Assembly: GCA_963691875.1 (NCBI GenBank)
Contig: OY829846.1
Location: forward strand, 1,024,001-1,088,000
Reading direction: 5' to 3'
DNA from: Aureliella sp.
Lineage (GTDB): Bacteria > Planctomycetota > Planctomycetia > Pirellulales > Pirellulaceae
DNA: 64,000 nt
In this document: positions 29,185 to 38,934 of the stretch, in pieces
Layout: each line of letters opens with the position of its first letter
Position numbering within the stretch: position 1 is the stretch's first letter
Notes under the pieces: model-generated
Database searches by the model: none
Told to the model about the DNA's origin: nothing
The model's input: only the letters and a program-made list of their open reading frames with translations
Translations under genes and position numbers: made by a program

Positions 29185-31767
29185 ATGCTTCGAATTATCA
29201 GCCATAGATGTGTTCTGGTTGGCTGCGCCACCCTGCTCTTTTCTGCAATCCTCACCCAGGCTTCCGCGACCGAGCTTATTCGCATCACGGCAAAAAACTA
29301 CGATCGAGTGGTTCCGAAGGGTAAGGAAGTGGATGCAATCTATGGCGACTGGGTGCTGCGAAATAAGCATGTGGTGGCTGTCATCGCTCACCCGACGCCG
29401 GGCCGCAAAGCGAACATGACGGTGCGGGGTGTGGGCGGCATGCTCATCGACTACACCACTCGTTTTCACAGTAGCGATCAACTCAGTTGCTTCTATCCGA
29501 CCGCAGGACGTTATCTGTTCGAAAGCGAAGAGAGCATCGTGGTTACGACAGATGGGAATAATGATATCAGCAAAGCCCCACAAGCGGATCTGATCGCAGA
29601 TTCCATTTCCATTGCGTTTCAAGGTATCTCGCTTGCCGGCGACGATACCTCAGCGACGGTGCGATACAACTTGGACGACACGCAGCGGTATCTGAGCTAC
29701 ACAGTAGAGATTCAAAATGGTGGTGAGAAAATTAGGCAAGTCGCAATCGATGAAGCACTGCGCTGCGACGGAGATCTCTTTCGAATAGGAGCGACAGAGG
29801 GCGCTTTGTTTGCCGAAGACGAGTACTTCGGCCAGTGCCTTCTGTTTCGGATCGATGATCGAGAAGTAAAACGGGCAGGCAGCGGTCGGAAGATCTTGAT
29901 TCAGCCGATCAACGACAAAACGCTCGATATCGCCAGTGGCGAATCTAGTAGCTGGTCTGGCAGAGTCTACTGCTCCCAATCACTCATGGGGGCAAAGAAT
30001 CTCATGCTTGCGACCAAAGAAAATCCAGTTGAAAAATTACAATTCCTTGTGCGCAGCAATGGGCCAAGTGGTCCTGTCGCTCATGCTCCAGTCGAGTTCT
30101 TGCGTGACGGCGAGTCAGTTGGAACCGCGCAGACGAACGAAGAGGGTTGGATTCGAACTAGCCTTCCGCCCGGGAAATATTCAGCCAAAGTTAAAGCCAC
30201 CGGCCACGAAGACTTTGAACAAAACTTTGTTATTGACCCCGGCAAGCCAGCGGCTGTGAACTTGAGTCTCAAGGCTGGAAGCCGAGTACGTGTCAAGGTT
30301 GTGGATGTCACTGGCACTCCGATTCCCGCCAAGGTTCAATTCTACACCGCAGACGGCGGGGCTGATCCCGATTTTGGACCGACCTCTGCCATCGCCGCTG
30401 TGAAGAACGCCGTCTACACGGCAAGCGGTTCCTTCGAACAGGCTCTCGATCCTGGTTCCTATCAAGTCTACATAAGCCGAGGTCCCGAGTACGACGCGGA
30501 CGTGCAAGTCTTCGATCTCAAGCCAGGTCAGCTCATACCTATCTCCAGCACACTGAAACGGACGGTAGATACATCGGGTTGGGTCTCCGCAGAGTTTCAT
30601 TCACATTCGAGTCCTTCTGGCGACAATGTCTCCCATCAGCGCGGACGCGTCATGAATTTGCTGGCGGAGCATCTTGAGTTCGCTCCTTGCACTGAACACA
30701 ATCGCATCGATACTTACGCGGATGATTTGCTAGCGCTCAAGGCTAGCCAGTGGATGGCCACCTGCACCGGAATGGAGCTCACCGGCGGACCGCTACCGAT
30801 CAACCATCAAAATGCTTTTCCACTCGTGATGCACGAGCACCGGCAAGACGGAGGTGGCCCACAAACGGATTCAGATCCCGTTAAGCAGATCGAAAGATTG
30901 GCTCTCTGGGACAACTCAAGCCCCAAAGTCGTTCAAACCAACCATCCGAACATACCAGCTATTCTTGGCGATCGAGACATCAACGGATCTCCCGACGACG
31001 GCTTCCGCGGCATGTTGGGCTGGATGGATACGATCGAAATCCACCCAATCGAGAACATCTTCACTCCGCCGTTGCCGAAAGTAGCTCCCAACAAACGAGA
31101 CGAGCGAGCGTTTTACTGGATGCAACTAATGAACCTGGGCTATCGTATCCCAGGCGTCGTCAACACCGACGCACACTATAACTTTCATGGCTCGGGGTGG
31201 CTACGCAATTACATTCAGTGTTCTACGGACGATCCCGCAGAAATCCAGCTTCAAGAAATGATTCATTCTGTCGAGCATGGTCATATGACGATGACCACGG
31301 GACCGTTCTTAGAAGCCGAGATTCGGCAACCTTCTGGAAGCAGGCTTGTTTCGTTCAGAGTTGGCGATGACCTTGATCAGACAGGTCGAGAACTACTTTG
31401 GATTCGGGTGCAGTGTCCCAACTGGTTTGATGTCAATCGAGTTCAGGTTTTCGCCAACGGACGCCCCCTCGACGATTGGAACTTCACTCGCAAACGTCAC
31501 CCCGAGTGGTTTCCCGATAAGGGAGCGAAACGCTTCGAATTCCAACAAATACTTCCCAAGTTCGAGGAAGACACTCACATAGTCGTTGCCACAATTGGCG
31601 AGGGACTGACACTTGGTACTGTGTTGGGCAGGGATGCTGGGAAGCGACCACCTGTTGCAATCACAAATCCGTTTTTTCTAGATGTGGATGGTGGCGGATT
31701 CCAAGGAAATGGCGATGATTTAGGTGTTTCATTCATGTTGGACATTCCAGAAGTAAAAGCTAGATAG
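29185..31767 (+). CDS. Secreted CehA/McbA-like PHP-family metallohydrolase with carboxypeptidase-regulatory-like beta-sandwich domains
   Basis: Signal peptide; SRGPEY; GWVSAEFHSHSSPSGD, CTEHN, HQNAFP, NHP, NTDAH. Confidence 0.75.
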   Translation: MLRIISHRCVLVGCATLLFSAILTQASATELIRITAKNYDRVVPKGKEVDAIYGDWVLRNKHVVAVIAHPTPGRKANMTVRGVGGMLIDYTTRFHSSDQLSCFYPTAGRYLFESEESIVVTTDGNNDISKAPQADLIADSISIAFQGISLAGDDTSATVRYNLDDTQRYLSYTVEIQNGGEKIRQVAIDEALRCDGDLFRIGATEGALFAEDEYFGQCLLFRIDDREVKRAGSGRKILIQPINDKTLDIASGESSSWSGRVYCSQSLMGAKNLMLATKENPVEKLQFLVRSNGPSGPVAHAPVEFLRDGESVGTAQTNEEGWIRTSLPPGKYSAKVKATGHEDFEQNFVIDPGKPAAVNLSLKAGSRVRVKVVDVTGTPIPAKVQFYTADGGADPDFGPTSAIAAVKNAVYTASGSFEQALDPGSYQVYISRGPEYDADVQVFDLKPGQLIPISSTLKRTVDTSGWVSAEFHSHSSPSGDNVSHQRGRVMNLLAEHLEFAPCTEHNRIDTYADDLLALKASQWMATCTGMELTGGPLPINHQNAFPLVMHEHRQDGGGPQTDSDPVKQIERLALWDNSSPKVVQTNHPNIPAILGDRDINGSPDDGFRGMLGWMDTIEIHPIENIFTPPLPKVAPNKRDERAFYWMQLMNLGYRIPGVVNTDAHYNFHGSGWLRNYIQCSTDDPAEIQLQEMIHSVEHGHMTMTTGPFLEAEIRQPSGSRLVSFRVGDDLDQTGRELLWIRVQCPNWFDVNRVQVFANGRPLDDWNFTRKRHPEWFPDKGAKRFEFQQILPKFEEDTHIVVATIGEGLTLGTVLGRDAGKRPPVAITNPFFLDVDGGGFQGNGDDLGVSFMLDIPEVKAR

Positions 31768-31820
31768 CAAGTGCCTGGAAAGTTAACCAATATCATCCCT
31801 CCAGCTTTGCGTGCGATACT

Positions 31821-33125
31821 TTGGCCGAATCGAACTCCTTTCAGCAATCTAATTCCATCGCTGCTTTTGAACGCGCTCAAAAACTCTTGCCCGGTGGAGT
31901 GAACAGCCCCGCGAGAGCATTCGGTGCCGTCGGTGGCAAGCCCTTGTTCATAGAGCGAGCGGAAGGCCCGTACCTATTCGACATCGATGGGAATCAGCTC
32001 ATTGACTACATTGGTTCTTGGGGGCCAATGATCGTTGGCCACGCACATCCTAAAGTGATCGAAGCGATTGAAGCTGCAGTCAAGAAGGGTACGAGTTACG
32101 GTGCTCCTACGGGCGCCGAGTCGGAACTTGCTGAGTTGATCGTCGATTCCGTTCCTAGCGTCGAGAAGCTGCGTTTGGTCAACAGTGGTACCGAAGCAAC
32201 GATGAGTGCGATTCGTCTTGCACGGGGCGCGACCGGACGCAACAAGGTGATCAAGTTCTCTGGCAATTACCACGGCCATGTAGATAGCTTGTTGGTCGCA
32301 GCAGGAAGTTCCGCAGCCAACCTTGGTGTACCAGATTCTCCTGGCGTGACACCGGGAACGAGTCAAGACACGATCATCCTGGAACACAACGATCTAGCTG
32401 CTATCCAGCAAGCATTCAGGGATCACGGCGATGATCTGGCCTGTGTGATCTTAGAGCCAATCGTAGGCAACATGGGCTGTGTTCCGCCGAAACCTGGATT
32501 CTTGGAAGGCGTGCGTGACCTGTGTACCAAGCACGGGGCTGTGCTGATCTTCGATGAAGTGATGTCCGGCTTTCGCGTTGCACTCGGCGGCGCTCAGGAA
32601 GTTTACGGCGTTACGCCTGACCTCACGACGATGGGCAAAATCGTCGGCGGCGGGTTGCCACTCGGAGTCTACGGTGGCAAAGAAGAATTGATGGACCAAG
32701 TGCTTCCAGCTGGAAAAGTGTTTCAAGCCGGGACACTAAGCGGCAATCCACTGGCAACGGCAGCCGGAATGGCAACACTTAAATTGCTTCGCGACGAGTC
32801 GCCATATGCTTACCTCGAAGAGCAAGGAGCGAGGCTGGCAGAAGGTCTCACCCAAGCCGCCTCGGCAGCGGGAATCCCGCATCAACTCCAGCGCGTCGGC
32901 AGCATGATGACGTTGTTCTTTAACGCCGAGCCTATTCACAGCTGGGAGCAGGCTTCCAAGTGCGACAAAGAACTATTTGGTCGTTACTTCTGGGGCCTAG
33001 TGCATCGAGAAGTGTACATGCCTTGCAGCCAGTATGAAGCTTTGTTCTTCTCATCCACTCACACGCCCGAGTTGATTGACAAGACGATCGCGGCCGCTGA
33101 GGAAGTGCTGAAAGAAATCGCTTAG
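31821..33125 (+). CDS. hemL: Glutamate-1-semialdehyde 2,1-aminomutase
   Basis: PGGVNSPARAF, DYIGSWGP, VNSGTEATMSAIRLARG, FDEVMSGFR, GKIVGGGLP, QAGTLSGNP. Confidence 0.97.
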   Translation: MAESNSFQQSNSIAAFERAQKLLPGGVNSPARAFGAVGGKPLFIERAEGPYLFDIDGNQLIDYIGSWGPMIVGHAHPKVIEAIEAAVKKGTSYGAPTGAESELAELIVDSVPSVEKLRLVNSGTEATMSAIRLARGATGRNKVIKFSGNYHGHVDSLLVAAGSSAANLGVPDSPGVTPGTSQDTIILEHNDLAAIQQAFRDHGDDLACVILEPIVGNMGCVPPKPGFLEGVRDLCTKHGAVLIFDEVMSGFRVALGGAQEVYGVTPDLTTMGKIVGGGLPLGVYGGKEELMDQVLPAGKVFQAGTLSGNPLATAAGMATLKLLRDESPYAYLEEQGARLAEGLTQAASAAGIPHQLQRVGSMMTLFFNAEPIHSWEQASKCDKELFGRYFWGLVHREVYMPCSQYEALFFSSTHTPELIDKTIAAAEEVLKEIA

Positions 33126-33132
33126 CTCATCT

Positions 33133-33226
33133 GTAGTGAGTTTCGCCAGAATCCCGTTCCTCACGCTCAACGTACCTGAGGAATCTAGCGATTTTGTTTT
33201 GAAGGATTTCTGGTGAATCCCATTAC
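33133..33226. repeat. Inverted pair of GTAG-type REP-like units
   Basis: GTAGTGAGTTTCGCCAGAATCCC (33133-33155) and GGATTTCTGGTGAATCCCATTAC (33204-33226); same family as 28751/29093. Confidence 0.6.
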
Positions 33227-33269
33227 ATTCTGAAATACGAAAGAAATCTGAACTGGAGAATGACAGCCG

Positions 33270-34253
33270 ATGGATAGTTGCCAATCTATAACGGTAGGCC
33301 AGGCGCAAATGCCCAGCGTCGGACTTGGTCTTTGGAAAATCGAAAATTCCCAAACTGCCGAAATCGTCTACGAAGCGATCAAGCAAGGCTACCGGCACCT
33401 GGATTCAGCTTGTGACTACGGCAACGAGAGAGAAGCGGGTGAAGGCATTGAACGAGCGATCGCGAACGGACTCTGCACGCGCGAAGAGTTGTGGATCACC
33501 AGTAAACTGTGGAACACTTTTCATCGCGCTGAGCATGTTCCAACTGCGATAGACAAAACGCTCGCCGACCTTGGTCTCGACTATCTGGACCTCTATCTGG
33601 TGCACTTTCCGATCGCGCTGAAACATGTGCCGATTGAGGAGCGTTATCCTCCGGGATGGTTCTTCGATCCGGATGCGGAGAGTCCCTGCCTAGAGGCAGA
33701 TATCGTTCCCATAGCCGAAACCTGGCAAGCGATGGAGGCTTTGCATGCGGAAGGCAAGGCGAAGCATATCGGAGTATGCAACTTTGGCACTTCCTTGTTG
33801 CGCGACCTTCTGAGCTATGCGAAAGTCCCGCCAAATGTGCTCCAAGTCGAATCCCATCCGCAGTTGAAGCAAGCTAAACTGCTGCGATTCTGCCAAGAAC
33901 ACAACATTGCTTACACGGCTTTTTCTCCGCTCGGCTCGAATTCTTATGTCGAACTCGGAATGGCCGCCGAAGGGGACTCGCTGCTCGGCAATCAGAAGGT
34001 CAGTGAAATCGCATCCAAGCACGGACGCACGTCCGCCCAGGTTCTATTACGATGGGGCGTCCAGCGGGGGACTGCTATCATTCCGAAGACCAGCCGCAAA
34101 GAAAGATTGGCTGAGAACTTGTCTGTGTTTGACTTTGAACTATCAGAAGAAGAAATGAGTGCCATTTCCGACATGGACGCTGGCCGACGCTTCAATGATC
34201 CGGGTGTGTTCTGCGAACAGGCCTTTGGAACCTTCTTCCCAATCTACGAATAG
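33270..34253 (+). CDS. Aldo/keto reductase (xylose reductase-like)
   Basis: GLGLWK, GYRHLDSACDYGNE, SKLWN, LYLVHFP, IGVCNF, IIPKT. Confidence 0.93.
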   Translation: MDSCQSITVGQAQMPSVGLGLWKIENSQTAEIVYEAIKQGYRHLDSACDYGNEREAGEGIERAIANGLCTREELWITSKLWNTFHRAEHVPTAIDKTLADLGLDYLDLYLVHFPIALKHVPIEERYPPGWFFDPDAESPCLEADIVPIAETWQAMEALHAEGKAKHIGVCNFGTSLLRDLLSYAKVPPNVLQVESHPQLKQAKLLRFCQEHNIAYTAFSPLGSNSYVELGMAAEGDSLLGNQKVSEIASKHGRTSAQVLLRWGVQRGTAIIPKTSRKERLAENLSVFDFELSEEEMSAISDMDAGRRFNDPGVFCEQAFGTFFPIYE

Positions 34254-34296
34254 ACTTCCTTGATCAGTTTGCCCTCAACTTTCACAGGTCCCAGCA

Positions 34297-35082
34297 GTGC
34301 AATCCACTTTAGAAGCAGCAGTCGAGGCAGCGAAACTCGGCGGAAAGATTCTGCGTGAGCAGCTTGGCAAAGCCGCCGTCAGAGAAAAAGGCCCAGCCGA
34401 TCTTGTGACCGACGCCGACTTCGCTTCACAGGCTGCGATCGAACAACTGCTAACTTCTCGATTTCCTCAGCACGTTTTCTTGGGTGAAGAATCGCCTGAA
34501 AGCGACCGGGAAGCTGCTAAAGCTTCTGGCAAGCCTATGTGGGTCGTAGATCCATTGGACGGAACTGCGAACTTTGCTCACGGACTCCCCGGTTTTTCTG
34601 TCTCGATTGCATTGCTTGAAAACAACGAGCCCACGGTGGGCGTCGTCTACGACCCACTTGCCGATGCTTTGTACTGTGCAACGGCCGATGGACAAGTTAC
34701 GAAGAACGGCAAATCGATCGTATGCAGTGGCTGCGAGGATATCTCCAAGGCAATGGTCTGCTGCAGTTTTCGCCCCAAGGTGACGAGAAACCATCCTGAG
34801 GTGGACCAGTTTCTATGTGTTCTCGAAGCAACTCAGTCTTTGCGACGTTTGGGATCCGCTGCTATGAACATGTGCTACGTCGCAGAGGGCTGCCTCGACG
34901 CTTATTGGGCAAGCGTCATCAAGACGTGGGACGTGGCGGCCGGCGCTTTGATTGCTCGCAACGCCGGTGCAGTATTGACCCAAGTTGATGGTAAGCCATT
35001 CGACCTGTGGTATCCCAGGTTCTTGGTCTCCGGGAGTGAAGTACTCCACCAGAGAATGCTGGAGTGTTTGAAAACTCGCTAG
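34297..35082 (+). CDS. Inositol monophosphatase family protein (SuhB-like)
   Basis: DLVTDAD, LGEE, WVVDPLDGTANFAHG, RRLGSAA, WDVAAG. Confidence 0.92.
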   Translation: MQSTLEAAVEAAKLGGKILREQLGKAAVREKGPADLVTDADFASQAAIEQLLTSRFPQHVFLGEESPESDREAAKASGKPMWVVDPLDGTANFAHGLPGFSVSIALLENNEPTVGVVYDPLADALYCATADGQVTKNGKSIVCSGCEDISKAMVCCSFRPKVTRNHPEVDQFLCVLEATQSLRRLGSAAMNMCYVAEGCLDAYWASVIKTWDVAAGALIARNAGAVLTQVDGKPFDLWYPRFLVSGSEVLHQRMLECLKTR

Positions 35083-35319
35083 CAGCATGTCAGTTTAGGT
35101 TTGGGATAAGCATCCTGCTTGTCATCCTCGCGTTTGGCAGATCAGCCCGATAGATTTGGGAGCATTATCGGAGGGTCAAGAAGCAAGAAGCTTATCCCAC
35201 GTTGAGTTATGGTGAAGCTGGGAAACTTACTGGAAGAAGCTCAGCCATTTCTCCACCTTTCCCAGCACTTTTCCGGCAGAATCTGCTGGACATTCCAAGC
35301 CATTCAAAGTTACAGGGCT

Positions 35320-35347
35320 TTGACAGTGGTTGGCGAGAGTTTAGAAT
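35320..35347 (+). promoter_or_regulatory. Near-consensus sigma70 promoter
   Basis: TTGACA (35320-35325), 16-nt spacer, TAGAAT (35342-35347), upstream of the tat genes. Confidence 0.6.
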
Positions 35348-35367
35348 GTCTCGTACATAAACGCCTT

Positions 35368-35516
35368 AACGTGGTCCCGGCAGTACGCTCGTGGTGAGCG
35401 TGACTGACCCGCTTTCGCTACGCAGGGCACGCGATAAATTGCTTTAACTGTAGGTTCGCAAGTGAACCTAACCTGTCTCGATACCCTTCGGGACCATCGT
35501 TGAATCATTCGACGAT
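35368..35516 (+). ncRNA. Candidate structured leader RNA or sRNA upstream of tatA
   Basis: Closing helix AACG-TGGTCCCG / CGGGACCA-T-CGTT with internal hairpins at 35381-35406 and 35451-35470. Confidence 0.4.
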
Positions 35517-35556
35517 CCTCAGAGCTTTCTTTTTCGCGCAAACCGTCCGCAACAGG

Positions 35557-35763
35557 ATGATGATTGGAATGTTTGGCTTTAGCACTCACGAATTGCTTCT
35601 TTTCATGGTAGTAGTCATTGTCATTTTTGGCAGTGCTAGACTACCTAGCTTGATGCGAAACCTTGGCCGCAGTGCCAACGAGTTCAAGGCTGGAATGAAA
35701 GATCCAGTCAGTGTTGGTGGCGATGACGATGACGATGGGAATGACAAGAAATCTGACGCCTAG
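35557..35763 (+). CDS. tatA: Twin-arginine translocase TatA/TatE subunit
   Basis: GFSTHELLLFMVVVIVIFGSARLPSLMRNLGRSANEFKAGM; acidic tail. Confidence 0.88.
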   Translation: MMIGMFGFSTHELLLFMVVVIVIFGSARLPSLMRNLGRSANEFKAGMKDPVSVGGDDDDDGNDKKSDA

Positions 35764-35846
35764 ATCTTGAAAGATCAATAGTCTGACAGCATTGTCCAAT
35801 TCCAAACGCTGGATGAACCGGCAAGCATCATCATGAGGAATGCGCG

Positions 35847-36233
35847 ATGACATCGCTTTTCTTTGCGCAGCAAACTGTGCTTGCGCCGTTTGCTATACCA
35901 CTAACCGAGTTGTTTGCGACCGAACATTCGCCGACTTTCCTAATCGCTTTTCTAAGTGGCTTTGGGTACCAGGAGATGTTCCTGTTCGCAGTGATCGCGT
36001 TGCTTCTGTTTGGAAAGCGACTGCCTGAAGTTGCACGGAACTTTGGTCGTACGTACAAACAGCTGCGCGGAAAAGTTGACGAGTTCCAACGTGAGTTTCG
36101 CGACTGGGACAAGGAGGATACGCCAAGCTATCAGACGCCGCGTTTCTCGCCTGACAACGATGATGTGAACGAAGATCGCGTGGAGCCGAAGGCTCCCAAG
36201 TTTTTGCCTCCTCCGCCAGAAGACGACGGCTAG
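35847..36233 (+). CDS. TatA/TatB family subunit
   Basis: GFGYQEMFLFAVIALLLFGKRLPEVARNFGRTYKQLRGKVDEFQREF; start uncertain. Confidence 0.85.
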   Translation: MTSLFFAQQTVLAPFAIPLTELFATEHSPTFLIAFLSGFGYQEMFLFAVIALLLFGKRLPEVARNFGRTYKQLRGKVDEFQREFRDWDKEDTPSYQTPRFSPDNDDVNEDRVEPKAPKFLPPPPEDDG

Positions 36234-36354
36234 TTTTCGAAAGCCGGACGAGGAGGTTTCTGCTTTCTCATGCCCAACCAATCGTTTAAGGCCCAGCGCC
36301 GGCTTGCTCGGGAAGAGCTCGTATCGAACAAGGAAAGTCGAATTTCGAAGTCTT

Positions 36355-36426
36355 CAATACAAGCAAGGCGCGCCAGCAAGTCAGCAAGTACAATACAAGC
36401 AAGTCGCGCCAGCAACTCAGCAAGTA
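36355..36426. repeat. 36-bp tandem duplication
   Basis: CAATACAAGCAAGgCGCGCCAGCAAgTCAGCAAGTA twice, with 2 mismatches and no spacer. Confidence 0.85.
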
Positions 36427-36564
36427 GGGCGTGCGGATGACTGAGTACCCGCTGAAGCTACAAATGCCCTGAGTCTTAAAGGCTCCCATACTGCCGCGTA
36501 GAACTCAAGATGCGTATGGAGCAATCGAGAGAACCCCACTATTGTGACGATTTGCGTGAGAAGT

Positions 36565-37122
36565 CTACTGCTCGGATGCTCGCGGCAGCTTCCGTGGAAA
36601 CGGCAGCTCTCGGGCGGCTGGAAGAGGTTGGATGTTTTGTTGCAACCACTGCAGCCGCTCCGCTTCAGTCGCGTAGTAGGTCAGCCACGTCTCAGTGTCT
36701 GACTCGTCGAGGCAACGCCAGCAGAGATAGTTACCTGGCAAGTCAACTTTCTTTTCGCAGGCGGGTAAGATGTCGCGGTAAATCAGTGTGTAAAGCTCGC
36801 GGTCGGAAAGATGTTCCGTCATTTCAAGAACAACGCGTACCGAAAATAATCGATCGACTGTGTCCGCCAAGATGCCTTGTAGCAGATCATCATCCAATGA
36901 GTCGGGGCGTGGCAACACAAGCTCAGGAAGAGACCAGCAGCTGATCGGCAGCGCTGGAGCACGTTCCCAGGCCAACATGGATTCGAGAAAACAATTTTCC
37001 TCACGCAAGTTCATTTGACGGAAATGAACAAGCGAGACAGATTCGTCGATGTAGGGCTCAAGCTCGTCACGTAGGCGAGCGTTGTGCAAGAGCAATTCTA
37101 CTTCTTCTGCAGCTTTTGGCAT
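36565..37122 (-). CDS. Conserved hypothetical protein (planctomycete type)
   Basis: LLHNARLRDELEPY..FLESMLAWERAP..TEHLSDRELY..WLTYYAT; plausible composition. Confidence 0.75.
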   Translation of the reverse strand: MPKAAEEVELLLHNARLRDELEPYIDESVSLVHFRQMNLREENCFLESMLAWERAPALPISCWSLPELVLPRPDSLDDDLLQGILADTVDRLFSVRVVLEMTEHLSDRELYTLIYRDILPACEKKVDLPGNYLCWRCLDESDTETWLTYYATEAERLQWLQQNIQPLPAARELPFPRKLPRASEQ

Positions 37123-37591
37123 GATGCTTCAAAGGGATGGGAGTCGGTGAAGTCCGCGTTGCGGTGTAGGGCACACCCTGGCAAATACACCGACTCCTTG
37201 GTCCGTCAGCAGTTGGGGAGTGAAATCCGACTCAATCCCGTACAAAACAACTGCTGGGCGACACGATTGACTTTATATGTTCAGTGCCGAGACTCAATCT
37301 CTTCTTTAGTGAAAATGCTACGCGGCTGACAAACTGGCGGTACTGGTGGCGTCAGAAGCGGTACGACCCACAGTTTTTCGCATCAAACACAGCCAGAAAG
37401 TCGTGGCTCGCATGAGCGCCGATCTTGCTAACAAACCTCGCGCTATGTGCCAGCCCTCGCAAAGTCCTACTAATCGTCAACGGTAGCCATGCCATGCCGT
37501 GGTCTGCGGCAAGCGAAATACGGTAAACCGTTCGGGCATTCGCATCAGAACGGACTCACGCCCCTTGTGAAGCAACCGCAACTGGCTACCG

Positions 37592-38536
37592 TTGTTTATC
37601 AAACGACATCTTGGAAGCTTGGACCGCCATTCAATGCGCGATGAAATAGCAGCTGAATCCCACGAAACTGGGATACCGAATTATTACAACGACACTGTCA
37701 CCGACTACGATGCCTGGAGCAAAGAAGGCTATCTGCACTACGGCTATTGGCGACCGTGGCTCAACCCCTTCTTTCGGCGTCCCATGCTGGAGGAAATGAA
37801 CAAGCTCGTTTTCTCGAAACTCGGGTTAGAGGAGCTGGAGTCGGGCCAAGTGGCAGACCTTGGCTGCGGCGTTGGAGCCGTTTCACGTCATGGCAGCCGA
37901 CTCTTTCCCAATCTGCAATTCCACGCGATGACGCTCTCGGCAAGCCAAGTTGCTCGTGGAAAACAACTGCATCGATCCGAAAAGGTGGAGTACTACTGCG
38001 GCGACTACCACAACCTGCCTTTTGAAGATCAACAGCTAGACCGCGTTTTCTATCTGGAAAGCCTTTGCCACAGCACCCGACCAGAGGAAGCTTTGACGGA
38101 AGCGACACGGGTTCTGAAGCCAGGCGGTCGCATCATGCTGACCGATGGTTATCTGACAAAACCCCTTGAGAAGACATCGAAGCTGTTCCGGTTTATCGTC
38201 GAAGCCGTCGCTCATAATTGGGCGGTGCCGATGTTTCATGAGATCGAAAAAGGACGCAAGTGGAATGCTGCCGGGCAGTTAAAACTGGTAGAAGAATTTG
38301 AGTGCGGTTGGAGGTTGGGGCCCACTGCACTTCACGCATCTCATCTTTCCCTCATTCATTTTCTGAAGCTTGCGATTCGACGAAAAGTCACCAAGTGGCA
38401 ATGGAGGCATTTACGTGCATCGGCATTCACCATCTTGCTTGGCCTCTACCGTACCAACTTTCGCTACCACGTTATGGTGTTCGAGAAGCAATGCCCCGGC
38501 CATCGCCCCTCCAAGTCCGGAGCTCCCAGGAAATGA
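37592..38536 (+). CDS. Class I SAM-dependent methyltransferase (sterol/tocopherol C-methyltransferase-like)
   Basis: YLHYGYW, VADLGCGVG, GDYHNLPF, YLESLCH, RVLKPGG. Start may be 37634. Confidence 0.85.
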   Translation: MFIKRHLGSLDRHSMRDEIAAESHETGIPNYYNDTVTDYDAWSKEGYLHYGYWRPWLNPFFRRPMLEEMNKLVFSKLGLEELESGQVADLGCGVGAVSRHGSRLFPNLQFHAMTLSASQVARGKQLHRSEKVEYYCGDYHNLPFEDQQLDRVFYLESLCHSTRPEEALTEATRVLKPGGRIMLTDGYLTKPLEKTSKLFRFIVEAVAHNWAVPMFHEIEKGRKWNAAGQLKLVEEFECGWRLGPTALHASHLSLIHFLKLAIRRKVTKWQWRHLRASAFTILLGLYRTNFRYHVMVFEKQCPGHRPSKSGAPRK

Positions 38537-38541
38537 AGCAC

Positions 38542-38910
38542 ATGCTTTCCACCATTCACCAGATAGCTATTACGGTCAGCGAAGGCGACAAAGCTTTGAG
38601 GTTTTGTCAGGAAGTAATAGGATTCCCACTACATCTTCGAGCTTGCGAGAAATTCGCACTCTTAGATGCCGACGGATTTCGGCTAATCTGTTGACAACAC
38701 AAGGAGCCGACGCGGTGGGAGCAATTTCTGTTCTCTAGTTCCAAGTCAGCGACGTCGTTACATGCCATGACTCGCTATTCGCAAACAGCTTTGAGTCGGA
38801 ACACTCGCCGAGTTTGGCTGCGAAGACGCTCGCCTACGAGTTGCGGACAGGATTCTTGATGGATCGAAGGCAGTCCGGTTGGATTGATAGAAGAGAATCG
38901 CGAATCATAG
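38542..38910 (+). pseudogene. VOC/glyoxalase family pseudogene
   Basis: MLSTIHQIAITVSEGDKALRF..LLDADGFRL, frameshift, LLTTQGADAVGAISVL*FQVSDV..LAAKTLAYEL..GFL, frameshift, EGSPVGLIEENRES*. Premature TAG at 38736-38738. Confidence 0.7.
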
Positions 38911-38934
38911 TGAAACAAGCACCTCTTCGCGGGG

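Noticed and set aside
36355..36426. Possible CRISPR array (36-bp repeats)
   Set aside because: Only two copies, directly adjacent with no spacer, and no cas genes in the window.
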